Of a stretch of DNA of 64,000 nt, positions 10,023 through 20,018 are shown piece by piece; the first letter of the stretch is position 1; each line of letters starts with the position of its first letter. The stretch is from an uncultured cyanobacterium (GTDB lineage Bacteria > Cyanobacteriota > Cyanobacteriia > Cyanobacteriales > Cyanobacteriaceae), in contig CAVQBA010000002.1 of NCBI GenBank assembly GCA_963710605.1, positions 184,785-248,784 on the forward strand, written 5' to 3'. A program made the position numbers and the translations under genes. The notes beneath the pieces are model-generated. The model ran no database searches. It saw nothing but the letters and a program-made list of their open reading frames with translations, and was not told where the DNA came from.

Positions 10023-11171
10023 ATGTTAAATTTAAACGATCGATTTTTATTATTAGCTATCACAGGAAGTAATGCCTACGGATTAGCAGTAGAAGGTGTA
10101 TCCGATGTTGATTATAAGGGAATATTTGTTGCACCTCAAAGTTATTATCTAGGCTTAAAAGAAATAGAGCAATTAGAAGGAAAAGGAAGCGAAGGAGTTT
10201 TTAGTAATAATCAAGATAATAAAGGGTTAAGTAAATGTACATTTACCAATCAACACTCTAGTTTACTAGAAGGAAATGATTTTGTTATTTATGAATTAAA
10301 AAAATATTTAAAACTACTGAGGAATGCTAATCCCAATATTCAAGAATTATTATGGCTAGATGATTATGTTTATCTAAATCCGATCGCTAACATCTTAATC
10401 GAAAATCGAAATAAATTCCTAACTAAAAAAGTCAAATCTAGCTACATCGGTTATGCTAATGCCCAACTAAAGAAAGTTGAAACCCATCGCCGGTGGTTAC
10501 TAAACCCGCCCAAAAAAGAGCCTCAAGCAAAAGATTTTAATTTTACTGATTTATATAAACCTTTATCATTATCTGAAATTAATGCTTTTATGAACTTCTT
10601 ATGGATAGTAGTTCGAGATTGTATTGAATATTTGCAACCAGCCGAAGAATTAAGATTAATATTACAAGAAAAAATTGATTATAAACAAATATTTCTTGAG
10701 CATAAATTTCCAGCCGAAGCTGAGGCACAAATTCAAGAATATACCAATGCTAGTGATGATTTTATGCGGTTAACCTTTGCCTCAAGAGAATACTTATCCG
10801 CTAAAAAAGAATGGAAAAGTTACCAAAGTTGGCAGAAAAATCGTAATAGCAAAAGACACTCCCTCGAAGCTAAATGTGGTTATGACAGTAAACACGCTAG
10901 TCATGCTTTACGTTTACTTTACACAGGTAGAGAAATTATTCAGAAGAAAACTTTGATTGTTAATCGGACGAAAACTGGTGATGCTGAGTATTTATTGCAA
11001 GTAAAATTAGGTAATGTTTCTTATCAAGAAGTAATGAAAGAATGTAATTTAGTTTTTAACGAAATTAAATCGATGAAAGAAAAAGATATTGATTTACCCG
11101 ATGAAGTTGATGATGAATACCTAAATCTATTATGTATGGAAATGGTCGATCGAATCGGCTTTAAGAGCTAA
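10023..11171 (+). CDS. Pol-beta superfamily nucleotidyltransferase (YcgL/RlaP, Nuc-transf type)
   Basis: ITGSNAYGL...SDVDYKGIF motif, ANPNIQELLW, YDSKHASHALRLL. Confidence 0.85.
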   Translation: MLNLNDRFLLLAITGSNAYGLAVEGVSDVDYKGIFVAPQSYYLGLKEIEQLEGKGSEGVFSNNQDNKGLSKCTFTNQHSSLLEGNDFVIYELKKYLKLLRNANPNIQELLWLDDYVYLNPIANILIENRNKFLTKKVKSSYIGYANAQLKKVETHRRWLLNPPKKEPQAKDFNFTDLYKPLSLSEINAFMNFLWIVVRDCIEYLQPAEELRLILQEKIDYKQIFLEHKFPAEAEAQIQEYTNASDDFMRLTFASREYLSAKKEWKSYQSWQKNRNSKRHSLEAKCGYDSKHASHALRLLYTGREIIQKKTLIVNRTKTGDAEYLLQVKLGNVSYQEVMKECNLVFNEIKSMKEKDIDLPDEVDDEYLNLLCMEMVDRIGFKS

Positions 11172-11212
11172 AGATAAAGGGTGAAGGATAAAAGATGAGA
11201 GATGAAGGATGA

Positions 11213-11237
11213 AATTATCAATTATCAATTATCAATT
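11213..11237. repeat. Heptamer short tandem repeat (AATTATC)n
   Basis: Visible directly; typical cyanobacterial STRR. Confidence 0.75.
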
Positions 11238-11489
11238 GTTTACCGAGTTATTACTACCTTGACGAAGACTAGATCTTAGCTAAAATTGTAATTATAGACA
11301 AAAACTCGTACATTTACATTCATCCCTTAATCAACTAGCTTTTAGACTTTAATAAACATTTTTGAGATTATATCTATCGTTGGTGGATGTGTGGGTTTTA
11401 CTCTATCTAAGTAAACTAAAAAATTAATTAAGTATATTTTTAATCTTTGGTTTGTATTGTTGACATTTGTTTAAATATTACGAAAAGTT

Positions 11490-12353
11490 ATGGCTAAAAG
11501 TTATTTTGTTCTTAATAGTAATCAAGATTTACAAAACGTATATCAATCGGTTATGTGGTGGTTTAAAGGCAGACAATACGAAGTTGAAGCCACAACTAAT
11601 CATGATGGGATGTATTTAATTCAAGCTAGAAAAACAGGTAAAATTAGAACTTTGCTAGGTAGTAATCTTGCTTTTCAAGTCAAAATATATGTACCGAGTG
11701 AACAAGTTTTTAGCCTCAGAGAATTTGTGATTGAAACCAGTCGTGGAAAATGGGTTCAAAATATTATGGGTGCAGGTTTTGCGGGTTTGTTTACCGCCGG
11801 TGCTACTATTTGGACGGGTTTGGCTACAGCAGGTTGGGGATTTTTACTCGAAAACGATTTAATTTCTTACCTAGAAAACGAACAAAACTATAATCGTGTT
11901 AAACCAGAAACTCAGTTAACTAAAATAACCAAAAATCAAGATCTCGATCGTATATTTACCAAAATTGATCTTAATAATTCTGAACATAGAGAAACAATTA
12001 TTGAATTAGAAAAAGAGATTGATAAATTAGAAATTGCTTTTACTGATGAAATTTTAACTGAAAAAGAGTTTAGTACTAAAAAAGCTATTTTAGAACAACA
12101 AATTGATGATTATGAAGTAAGTTTTGTAATTGAAGAAAAAATAACGAAGTTACAAGAGGCTTTTTCAACCGGGATTTTAAGTCAGACTGAATACGAAGAT
12201 AAAGTACAAGAAATAGAAGCTAATGTACGTGAACAAATAACTTACGAAAAATATTTACAAAGAAATAAAATTAAAGAAGTTAAGTTAAAAGAAGCTTTAA
12301 AAAATGGTATTTTAACTCAGTCAGAATTTGACTATAAAATAAGTAAGTTATAA
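11490..12353 (+). CDS. Hypothetical protein with glycine-rich hydrophobic segment and SHOCT-like repeats
   Basis: GAGFAGLFTAGATIWTGLATAGWG segment, three (G)ILT/SxxEF/YxxK repeats. Confidence 0.75.
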   Translation: MAKSYFVLNSNQDLQNVYQSVMWWFKGRQYEVEATTNHDGMYLIQARKTGKIRTLLGSNLAFQVKIYVPSEQVFSLREFVIETSRGKWVQNIMGAGFAGLFTAGATIWTGLATAGWGFLLENDLISYLENEQNYNRVKPETQLTKITKNQDLDRIFTKIDLNNSEHRETIIELEKEIDKLEIAFTDEILTEKEFSTKKAILEQQIDDYEVSFVIEEKITKLQEAFSTGILSQTEYEDKVQEIEANVREQITYEKYLQRNKIKEVKLKEALKNGILTQSEFDYKISKL

Positions 12354-12365
12354 CCCTTCAGACTT

Positions 12366-12393
12366 AAGTAATAAGTAATAAGTAATAAGTAAT
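12366..12393. repeat. Heptamer short tandem repeat (TAAGTAA)n
   Basis: Four copies directly after the stop codon. Confidence 0.75.
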
Positions 12394-12546
12394 GAGTTAA
12401 AGTCAATTGTTGGTATAAAGCCTCGCCTTCAGTTCGAGGCGAAAATAAACACTCTCATATTTTCGCATCTTGAATCCTCGAACCCTCACCGCAAAAGGTA
12501 TTACTCATTACTGGTGAATATTATGTGTTAAGATTACGATTTTTAT

Positions 12547-13170
12547 TTAAGTTTGATACCTTCTCAGATTTTGATGAATACGAGCTACGTGCCACATATA
12601 GTCACTAATGTCGTAATTTATTGCTTTATCAATTAAAGATACTGATTGTGTGGGATTTTTTTGCACTTCATAATACAATCCCCCGTAAAAATTAGTATAA
12701 AAAAGATGATAACGATCGCAATGACCATTTACATTAGTTAAAGAATCAATCTGATATTTACCTGCAAAAACAGAGTAAATATGGTACATATAAGGGCGAG
12801 CATCATCTTTAACCTTTAACAGACAATTTTTTTGAGCCGAATCAAAATCTTCTAACTGAGCAATACATAAAAAAAACCAGAGGGTAATTTCTATATCTTG
12901 AGAATGAATACTCAAACTTAACTCAAATTGTCGTGCCGCTTTAGCGTATTTTTTCAAATAATAATAGGTTAAACCTCTTTGCCAAAGATACGGAGTTAAT
13001 TGAGGGTTTAATTGCTCTGCCTTGTTAAAGTCTTTTAAAGACTCGATTAATCTACCTAACTTAAAATAGAGCATTCCCCGACTAATATATAAGCGAGGTT
13101 CAAAAGGAAACGTATTTAATCTTTTATCAAATTTATTTAAGTCTGCTTCAAAAACAGTTGTATCGATCAT
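12547..13170 (-). CDS. TPR protein (NlpI-like)
   Basis: YISRGMLYFKLG, PYLWQRGLTYYY, DYMWHVARIH. Confidence 0.85.
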   Translation of the reverse strand: MIDTTVFEADLNKFDKRLNTFPFEPRLYISRGMLYFKLGRLIESLKDFNKAEQLNPQLTPYLWQRGLTYYYLKKYAKAARQFELSLSIHSQDIEITLWFFLCIAQLEDFDSAQKNCLLKVKDDARPYMYHIYSVFAGKYQIDSLTNVNGHCDRYHLFYTNFYGGLYYEVQKNPTQSVSLIDKAINYDISDYMWHVARIHQNLRRYQT

Positions 13171-13519
13171 GAAATTAAAAGTAGCTGAATATCAAATTTT
13201 AAAAATATGGCTTAATTGATCCCAATATAGTCTAATCTGGTTATTTTAAAGTAAATAAACAAGTTAACTATTTGTTAACCATTATTGTATTTAACGCTAT
13301 ACTATTGTTTGTTTATCTAAATTTTTAGTTATCAACCAGAATAATTACGTTTATTTTATTTGTACTAATTTAAACTTAATTGTTACAGCTAATCTCAAAA
13401 AATAGACAACAAATAAATAATTATCAATTGATGGTAGTATTTACCACAAACAGTATATCATTAAAGCAAAAATAAGTGCGACTATTATAATCAGCAACTA
13501 TGTAGTATTTTTTATTGGT

Positions 13520-14962
13520 GTGAAGAAGCAAAAAATGTCAAAACTCAATCTAAACGGTAAGCCATTTCACTTTATCGGCATCGGTGGTATAGGTATGTCT
13601 GCCCTTGCTTATATTTTAGCTAAAAGGGGATTACCAGTATCAGGCTCAGATATTCGTAGTAGCCATATTACCGATCGTCTTGAAAGTGTGGGTGCTAAAA
13701 TTTTTACAACTCAAACTGCGGATAATATTCTCAATATAAGTGCCAAAAATATGGCATCAGGAGATTACGCACCGCAAATTATTTGCTCTACGGCTATTAA
13801 TGCTCAAAATGCTGAGTATAAAGCGGCGATCGAGAACGGTTATGCTATTTATCATCGTTCTGATTTATTAGCTGCCTTAATTGAAGATTATCAGGCAATT
13901 GCGGTAGCCGGCACACATGGAAAGACAACCACTAGTAGCTTGATTGGTTATTTACTTTTAAAATCAGGATTAAACCCAACGGTGATTATCGGTGGTGAAG
14001 TGAGTGCTTTCTCTGGTAATGCTCGTTTAGGAGATAGCCCTTATTTGGTTGCCGAAGCTGATGAATCTGATGGCTCTTTAGTTAAACATCATCCTTATTT
14101 TGGTATCATTACTAATATCGAATTAGATCATCCTGATCATTACGAATCCTTAGATCAATTAGTCGATATTTTTCAGCAATTTGTTGATCAATCAGAAATT
14201 ATTATTGCCTGTATTGATTGCCCTGTTGTAAAAGAAGCTATTAGTGCCGATATTACCTATAGTTTAAATCCTGACTCTAACGCTAATTATATCGCTACAA
14301 ATGTCGTTCATGGTGCTTATGGTAGTGAAGCCGATATTATTGAAAATGGCGTTAATTTAGGTCATCTTCGTTTACAACTTTCCGGTGATCATAATTTAAG
14401 TAATGCTTTAGCCGCGATCGCTGTCGGTCGTAAATTAGAATTAGAATTTAGCGTGATTGCTGAATCATTAGCTAGTTTTACAGGTACAAAGAGACGGTTT
14501 GAATACAAAGGCGAATACAATGGTGCTACTTTAATTGATGATTATGCCCATCATCCTCGTGAAATAACTTGTACCTTAGAAGCAGGAAAAGCTCGTTTAC
14601 CACAATACGAAGCCAAAAGATTAGTTGCTATTTTTCAACCACATCGTTATAGTCGTACTGCTACTTTTTTAGAAGAATTTGCTCAATGTTTTGAATTAGC
14701 AGATGTGGTAATTGTCACTGATATTTATAGTGCAGGAGAAACTAATAATACTGATATTAATGGTGACATCTTAGTTGAAACTATCAAAAAATATCACGAT
14801 CGAGTATATTATCAGCCAAATTTGTCTAAACTACCAGAATTTTTAGCTAACTTTTTAAAGACTGGAGATTTAACATTATTTTTAGGTGCCGGGAATCTTA
14901 ATCAAACTATTCCGCAACTTTTAACTGATGATGTTCAAAAATTAGTCAACGTAGCTCGATAA
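13520..14962 (+). CDS. murC: UDP-N-acetylmuramate--L-alanine ligase
   Basis: HFIGIGGIGMSALA, AGTHGKTTT, EADESDGS, DDYAHHP, FQPHRYSRT. True start may be the ATG at 13535. Confidence 0.97.
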   Translation: MKKQKMSKLNLNGKPFHFIGIGGIGMSALAYILAKRGLPVSGSDIRSSHITDRLESVGAKIFTTQTADNILNISAKNMASGDYAPQIICSTAINAQNAEYKAAIENGYAIYHRSDLLAALIEDYQAIAVAGTHGKTTTSSLIGYLLLKSGLNPTVIIGGEVSAFSGNARLGDSPYLVAEADESDGSLVKHHPYFGIITNIELDHPDHYESLDQLVDIFQQFVDQSEIIIACIDCPVVKEAISADITYSLNPDSNANYIATNVVHGAYGSEADIIENGVNLGHLRLQLSGDHNLSNALAAIAVGRKLELEFSVIAESLASFTGTKRRFEYKGEYNGATLIDDYAHHPREITCTLEAGKARLPQYEAKRLVAIFQPHRYSRTATFLEEFAQCFELADVVIVTDIYSAGETNNTDINGDILVETIKKYHDRVYYQPNLSKLPEFLANFLKTGDLTLFLGAGNLNQTIPQLLTDDVQKLVNVAR

Positions 14963-15359
14963 ATTTAAATTAAATACTAAAAGAAAAGCTAATCGACTTC
15001 AACTATTTTGTTTATCTCCCTAACGACTGATGACAGCTAAGAATAGATACATTATCATTTATTACACTAGTTATCAAGGAAGTTACAAAAGAGACATATC
15101 TGTTTTGCTCTGAGGTTTTTATTGACATTTTTATTTTAAGAGCTTGACAATATACCAAACTTATAGTATGAACTAAGTCAGACACGATCATTATTTTTGT
15201 TGTGAGACTTTTAACTTGACTACAATCAAGTTGAATAAATGCTACAAAAAAAGTTACTAATTGAAAAAATAGTAATAATGATCTTATTCATTTTCGTCTT
15301 ATATTAATAAACACGATCGCACTTTTTGACGATCGATCTTTGTGAAGGAGTAAAAAACT

Positions 15360-16295
15360 ATGACTATTAACACGATATTAGGTGCTAATTCTAGCCCAAT
15401 TAAACTAAAGGGTACAGAATGCCTAATCCATCGTTGTGAATCATTATCCAAACATACTTCTTACCGAGTAGGAGGTAATGCTCAATTATATGCTGAGCCT
15501 AAATCTTGGGATGATATTACGGCTTTATTTGAATGGATACAAAAACACGATGTGCCTTTTACTTGTTTAGGTGGAGGTTCAAACTTACTAGTAAGCGATC
15601 GAGGTATCGATGGTTTGGTTTTAAATACACGTCATTTCAAACAATACAACGTTGACGAGAACAATAATACGATTACCGTCGGTGCGGGTTATCCATTACC
15701 TAAATTAGCATGGAGAGCCGCTAAAAGAGGATTGCAAGGCTTAGATTGGGCAGTGGGCATACCAGGTACTCTAGGTGGTGCTGTGGTGATGAATGCAGGA
15801 GCTCATAAAGGCTCAATATCTGATATTTTAGTTAATGCAGTGGTAGCGTATAGTGATGGTACAGTAAAAACACTTTCTCGTGAAGAGTTAGGATATGCTT
15901 ATCGTACCTCTAAGTTACAAAACAAAAAAGCATTAGTTTTGAAAGCAACCTTAGCTTTAAATTCAGGACATACTAAAGAAGATATGGTTAATTTAACTCG
16001 TCAAAATTTTTGGATGAGAAAAGAAACTCAACCTTACGACAAACCAAGTTGTGGTAGTGTCTTTCGTAACCCTAAACCTCAAGCCGCTGGTTGGTTAATC
16101 GAACAAATTGGCTTAAAAGGTTATCAAATTGGTGGTGCTCAAGTTGCTCATCGTCATGCGAATTTTATTGTAAACGCAGATAATGCCAAAGCTCAAGATG
16201 TATTTAATTTGATTGAATACGTACAAGAAAAAGTCGAACAACATTGGTCAATTTTACTCCACCCTGAAGTTAAGGTATTAGGCAATTTTAGTTAA
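15360..16295 (+). CDS. murB: UDP-N-acetylenolpyruvoylglucosamine reductase
   Basis: LGGGSNLLV, GIPGTLGGAVVMNAGA, PSCGSVFRNP, HANFIVN. Confidence 0.97.
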   Translation: MTINTILGANSSPIKLKGTECLIHRCESLSKHTSYRVGGNAQLYAEPKSWDDITALFEWIQKHDVPFTCLGGGSNLLVSDRGIDGLVLNTRHFKQYNVDENNNTITVGAGYPLPKLAWRAAKRGLQGLDWAVGIPGTLGGAVVMNAGAHKGSISDILVNAVVAYSDGTVKTLSREELGYAYRTSKLQNKKALVLKATLALNSGHTKEDMVNLTRQNFWMRKETQPYDKPSCGSVFRNPKPQAAGWLIEQIGLKGYQIGGAQVAHRHANFIVNADNAKAQDVFNLIEYVQEKVEQHWSILLHPEVKVLGNFS

Positions 16296-16346
16296 GAGTT
16301 AAGAGTTGAAAGCCAAAAGTTAAAAGCTACGAATATCGACTTAAAA

Positions 16347-17045
16347 ATGGAAATTTTGATTGTTGAAGACGAAAAAGAAATTGCTCAATTGATTAATAGT
16401 TGTTTGAGCAGAGAAGGATGGAAATGTCATGTAGTTCACGATGGTTTATCTGCTTTAAGTACAGCAGAAACGATCGAGCCTGATTTAATCGTACTCGATT
16501 TGATGTTACCCGGTATTGATGGTTTGGAAGTTTGTAGCAGAATCCGTAACTCTGGGATGGTAAAAGATCCTTATATACTAATGTTAACCGCCAAAGGAGA
16601 AGAAATCGATCGAGTGATTGGTTTATCTACTGGTGCGGACGATTATTTAGTCAAACCATTTAGCCCACGAGAATTAGCCGCCAGAGTTAGAGCGTTACTC
16701 AGACGTAGTCTGCGTCACGAACAAACTGCTCAAATACATGAAAGCGAACATTTCTCGGTCAATTTAGACGAGCATACCGCCACTCGTAAGCTAAACAATA
16801 ACGAAACAGAGCAATTAGACTTAACGGCTTTAGAATTTAATCTATTATCTACTTTTGTGAGTTATCCAGGTAAGGTATGGAGTCGTACTCAATTAATCGA
16901 TAGTCTCTGGGGAGCAGATTTTTTTGGCGATGAGAGAGTGGTAGATACTCATATTCGTCGTTTGCGTAAAAAAATAGAACCAAATCCCGCTCAACCTTCT
17001 TTTGTTAAAACCGTGGTAGGAGTTGGTTATAAGTTTGAAGACTGA
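16347..17045 (+). CDS. OmpR-family response regulator
   Basis: ILIVEDE, LDLMLPG, GADDYLVKPFS, VVDTHIRRLRKKIE...VKTVVGVGYKF. Confidence 0.95.
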   Translation: MEILIVEDEKEIAQLINSCLSREGWKCHVVHDGLSALSTAETIEPDLIVLDLMLPGIDGLEVCSRIRNSGMVKDPYILMLTAKGEEIDRVIGLSTGADDYLVKPFSPRELAARVRALLRRSLRHEQTAQIHESEHFSVNLDEHTATRKLNNNETEQLDLTALEFNLLSTFVSYPGKVWSRTQLIDSLWGADFFGDERVVDTHIRRLRKKIEPNPAQPSFVKTVVGVGYKFED

Positions 17046-17095
17046 TCAAATACACAACGAACGATCAATCCCCGCTCATCCCCCTTTGTAAGTGG

Positions 17096-17260
17096 CAGGG
17101 CTGATTCATTCTCGTTAGCCGAAAATAGCTAGAAGCTATTATTACTATACGATCGATCGAGAGTGGTTACATTGTCTTTTTACTATTAGAAAAAAACGGC
17201 TAAATTTACTGGTATTTCTTAGTTGTATAAATCACAAAAATAAGACATGAAACAGCCCTG
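17096..17260. mobile_element. MITE with CAGGGCTG termini and 12-bp target-site duplication (IS4-like)
   Basis: TIRs CAGGGCTGATTCAT / ATGAAACAGCCCTG. CTTTGTAAGTGG flanks both sides (17084-17095, 17261-17272). Confidence 0.85.
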
Positions 17261-17350
17261 CTTTGTAAGTGGGACTTGTAAATATAAACTCTACCTCATA
17301 AATGTGGGAAACGCTATATTTACAGCCGAATAAATTCAGTTGAAACAGTT

Positions 17351-17683
17351 TTAAGAAAACATCCGAACTAAAATATCTGAAACTACTTGTAAATCTTTTG
17401 AGGAGAGAATACCTAATTTTTTTAGTAATCTATATTTGTCAATAGCCCGAATTTGATCTAAGGCAATACTACCTTGTCGTGATTGAAAAAAAATTGAAAC
17501 TCTGGTCGGATAATTTTTAATTCTACTCGTGAGCGGTGCAATAATGACGGTTTTGAGTAAGCGATTAGTTTCATTAGGAGAGACGATAACACAAGGACGA
17601 GTTTTTTTTATTTCTGAACCAATTGTTGGCTCTAAATTAACTAACCATACTTCTCCTGTCTTAGGATAAGCTACCAAACCCAT
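17351..17683 (-). CDS. PemK/MazF-family toxin
   Basis: GEVWLVNLEPTIGSEIKKTRPCVIVS, IIAPLTS, LDQIRAIDK. Confidence 0.93.
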   Translation of the reverse strand: MGLVAYPKTGEVWLVNLEPTIGSEIKKTRPCVIVSPNETNRLLKTVIIAPLTSRIKNYPTRVSIFFQSRQGSIALDQIRAIDKYRLLKKLGILSSKDLQVVSDILVRMFS

Positions 17684-17913
17684 TCCTCCTCATCCCAACT
17701 ATTTTCTACGCAATTTTCTATTAATATTTGCTCATCAACTCCTGCTGTCATAATTGCTTCTGCCCATCCCTGACGAGGATTCTGATTAGAAACCAGCAAA
17801 CAATTGTCTTTAACTTCTAGTTTGACTATTTCCTTGAATTGACATTGTTCGATAATACTTTTAGGAATAATGATTCCTTGAGAATTACCTATTTTGGTTA
17901 TTTTTGTTTCCAT
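17671..17913 (-). CDS. AbrB/MazE-family antitoxin
   Basis: METKITKIGNSQGIIIPK...PRQGW...WDEEEWVW, overlapping the toxin start. Start reassigned to the ATG at 17913. Confidence 0.92.
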   Translation of the reverse strand: METKITKIGNSQGIIIPKSIIEQCQFKEIVKLEVKDNCLLVSNQNPRQGWAEAIMTAGVDEQILIENCVENSWDEEEWVW

Positions 17914-17930
17914 TCTCAACTTACTAGTAA

Positions 17931-17947
17931 ATGTTATAACATTATAA
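17931..17947 (-). promoter_or_regulatory. Putative autoregulatory operator and -10 element of the mazEF-like operon
   Basis: Perfect palindrome ATGTTATAACAT (17931-17942) overlapping a minus-strand TATAAT. Confidence 0.6.
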
Positions 17948-18189
17948 TAACAAGTTTTTTTTAATCGCAGAAAACGATCGGTACTTGCCAGTTTTACACG
18001 ATCGAAATAGTTACTAATATAAAAGCTCAAACTATTGATATATAAGAATTGTAGCTATACAATATGCTTTTTGACGGCTTGTCCTGAATTTCGAGTCGCT
18101 CAATTTCCGCAGTTCGACAATGTCACTGTAACACATTACCGAAGGGTTGCCCTTTTACTTTTGCTATAACTCCCCCTTGTCAAACTAAA

Positions 18190-18351
18190 TATAGTTAATT
18201 AAAATAAGAATGAGACAATCTGATATATTTTCTTTGAGTTTAATTTATTAAACGGTATCTGTTAGCCTTGACAATTCATACCCAAGGCGGGATGAAAACT
18301 TAAGTTTTAGATCTCATTAATCCTGTCTCAATCTTAATTGAAATGACTATA
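18190..18351. mobile_element. MITE (TATAG-ended, IS630-like) carrying an internal REP hairpin
   Basis: TIRs TATAGTTAATTAAAATAAGAATGAGACA / TGTCTCAATCTTAATTGAAATGACTATA. A partial second copy starts at 28951. Confidence 0.7.
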
Positions 18352-18441
18352 AGTGGTGGGGGATGAATCTCTTCAAAAAATAAAAAAAGTAGCCTTTGTA
18401 GCTAGCTACCTTATTTTCAACAAAAATATATATGTATCGAA

Positions 18442-19074
18442 TTATTTAGCTTGAGATTTTTTACGCTTCATTAAGCTACCCAAACCAAAAGCAACAGTTG
18501 TACCCAATATAGTTACAGGCTCGGGTATGGGTTCGGCACTAGAACGTTCCCATTCTCCTATCAATGTTGCCCCTGCCACATCTTCTTGAGAATCTGCGGG
18601 AAAGTATAAGTCTCCGCTGGTGGGGCCAACTAACATATCTGCATAATCATCAGCCGGCATAGTCCAAGTACCTTGCCCTGTAAAAGCTTGTACGCCATCG
18701 GTAAAATCTATCGTACTGTCAGATGAGAAGCTGAAGATATTCAAGCCTAAGTCATTACCCGAGCCCCCTCGAAAGAGAACTGGAGCGTTATCGGGGGGAT
18801 TGAGAAAGTTTGTTAAATCTCCCGATACCAGACTTTCGTTTAAACTACCACCCACAGATGAATAAAAACCATCTAAGTAAACTCCTGTAAAATCACCTCC
18901 ACTTACCGTTGCGGAAGAAGCACCATCGGTTGAAGTAATTGTCACTTGATTGACGACAGAAAGATCGACTTGAAGTAGTGTCGCCGCATTAACTTGAGAC
19001 GAGCAAATCATTCCCCCCCCTACAACGGCAAGGGTAATGGTATTTTTAAATAACAAATTTGTTACTTTATACAT
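18442..19074 (-). CDS. PEP-CTERM sorting domain protein
   Basis: Signal-peptide-like N-terminus; C-terminal IPEP, hydrophobic helix and KRKK tail. Confidence 0.9.
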   Translation of the reverse strand: MYKVTNLLFKNTITLAVVGGGMICSSQVNAATLLQVDLSVVNQVTITSTDGASSATVSGGDFTGVYLDGFYSSVGGSLNESLVSGDLTNFLNPPDNAPVLFRGGSGNDLGLNIFSFSSDSTIDFTDGVQAFTGQGTWTMPADDYADMLVGPTSGDLYFPADSQEDVAGATLIGEWERSSAEPIPEPVTILGTTVAFGLGSLMKRKKSQAK

Positions 19075-19506
19075 AGTTTTTTCCTCTTAATAATTACTAA
19101 TCATTTATACACATCTTATCTTACATATACAAAATATTTAATTAAATTTTAATAAAGTTTCTGTAAAGTATAAATAAAGTTTTTATTAGTAATTATTAAC
19201 TATTTAAAAATAAAAAATACTGCTGATAAGTATGCTAGATAAAGCTTTAATGTATCAAATAATTAGTATTTATTGTTTTATTTAGATGTGTTTTTATTAA
19301 GTAATCATATTATTATTCATTATTTATTAGTACAAAAAGGTACAAATTAGTACAAAAAAGTTATTTTTGAAGTAAATAATTTAAAAGCTCGTTAATTATA
19401 TTTACTATTAAAAAAGCTATCTAATTATTTATTATTTTTATAAATATGTATGAGCTATAGCAAGTAACGGGTGAGGCGTGGACATTTTAGATCCCCCTAA
19501 CCACGG

Positions 19507-19635
19507 CAGGGCTGTTTCATTCTCGTTAGCCGTAAATAGCGATCGTGCTATTACTACAAAACGATCGATCGATTTGGTTACATTGTATTTTTACTATTAG
19601 GAAAAAACAGCTACATTTACTGCTATTTCTTAGTT
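19507..19635. mobile_element. Truncated second copy of the CAGGGCTG MITE
   Basis: Aligns by eye with 17096-17224; no right TIR. Confidence 0.8.
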
Positions 19636-19885
19636 CTAAAAATGACAAAACAGAGCAATTATATTTAACGGCTTTAGAATTTAACCTCTTATTTACCTTT
19701 GTTAGTTATCCAGGTAAGGTATGGAGTCGTACTCAATCGATAGTCTTTGGGAAGCAGATTTTTTTGGCGATGAGAGAGTGGTAGATACTCATATTCGTGG
19801 TTTACGAAAAAAGATTGAACCAAATCCCGCTCAACCTTCTTTTGTTAAAACTGTTGTTGGGGTTGGTTATAAGTTTGAAGACTAA
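19636..19885 (+). pseudogene. Duplicated, decayed 3' fragment of the OmpR response regulator gene
   Basis: Highly similar to 16791-17045 (LTALEFNLL...VGVGYKFED*), with a 4-bp deletion near 19736. Confidence 0.88.
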
Positions 19886-20018
19886 ACCTTTTGTTTAAAT
19901 AGAATAATTTATCTTCATAATTTTGTTTATACTTCACATTTTATTTCACACTAACCACTACAATATAAATATAAATAAACAAATATAAACATCTAAATAC
20001 TTGTAAAGGAAGTGAAAA

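Noticed and set aside
14963-15359. ncRNA or riboswitch between murC and murB
   Set aside because: No recognisable motif or stable long stem, only promoter-like hexamers.
17914-18030. N-terminal extension of the antitoxin ORF
   Set aside because: The AbrB domain starts at METKITKIG, and the extension overlaps the operator and -10 element.
19545-19784. 79-aa ORF as a real gene
   Set aside because: It is a chimera of MITE sequence and the frameshifted regulator fragment.
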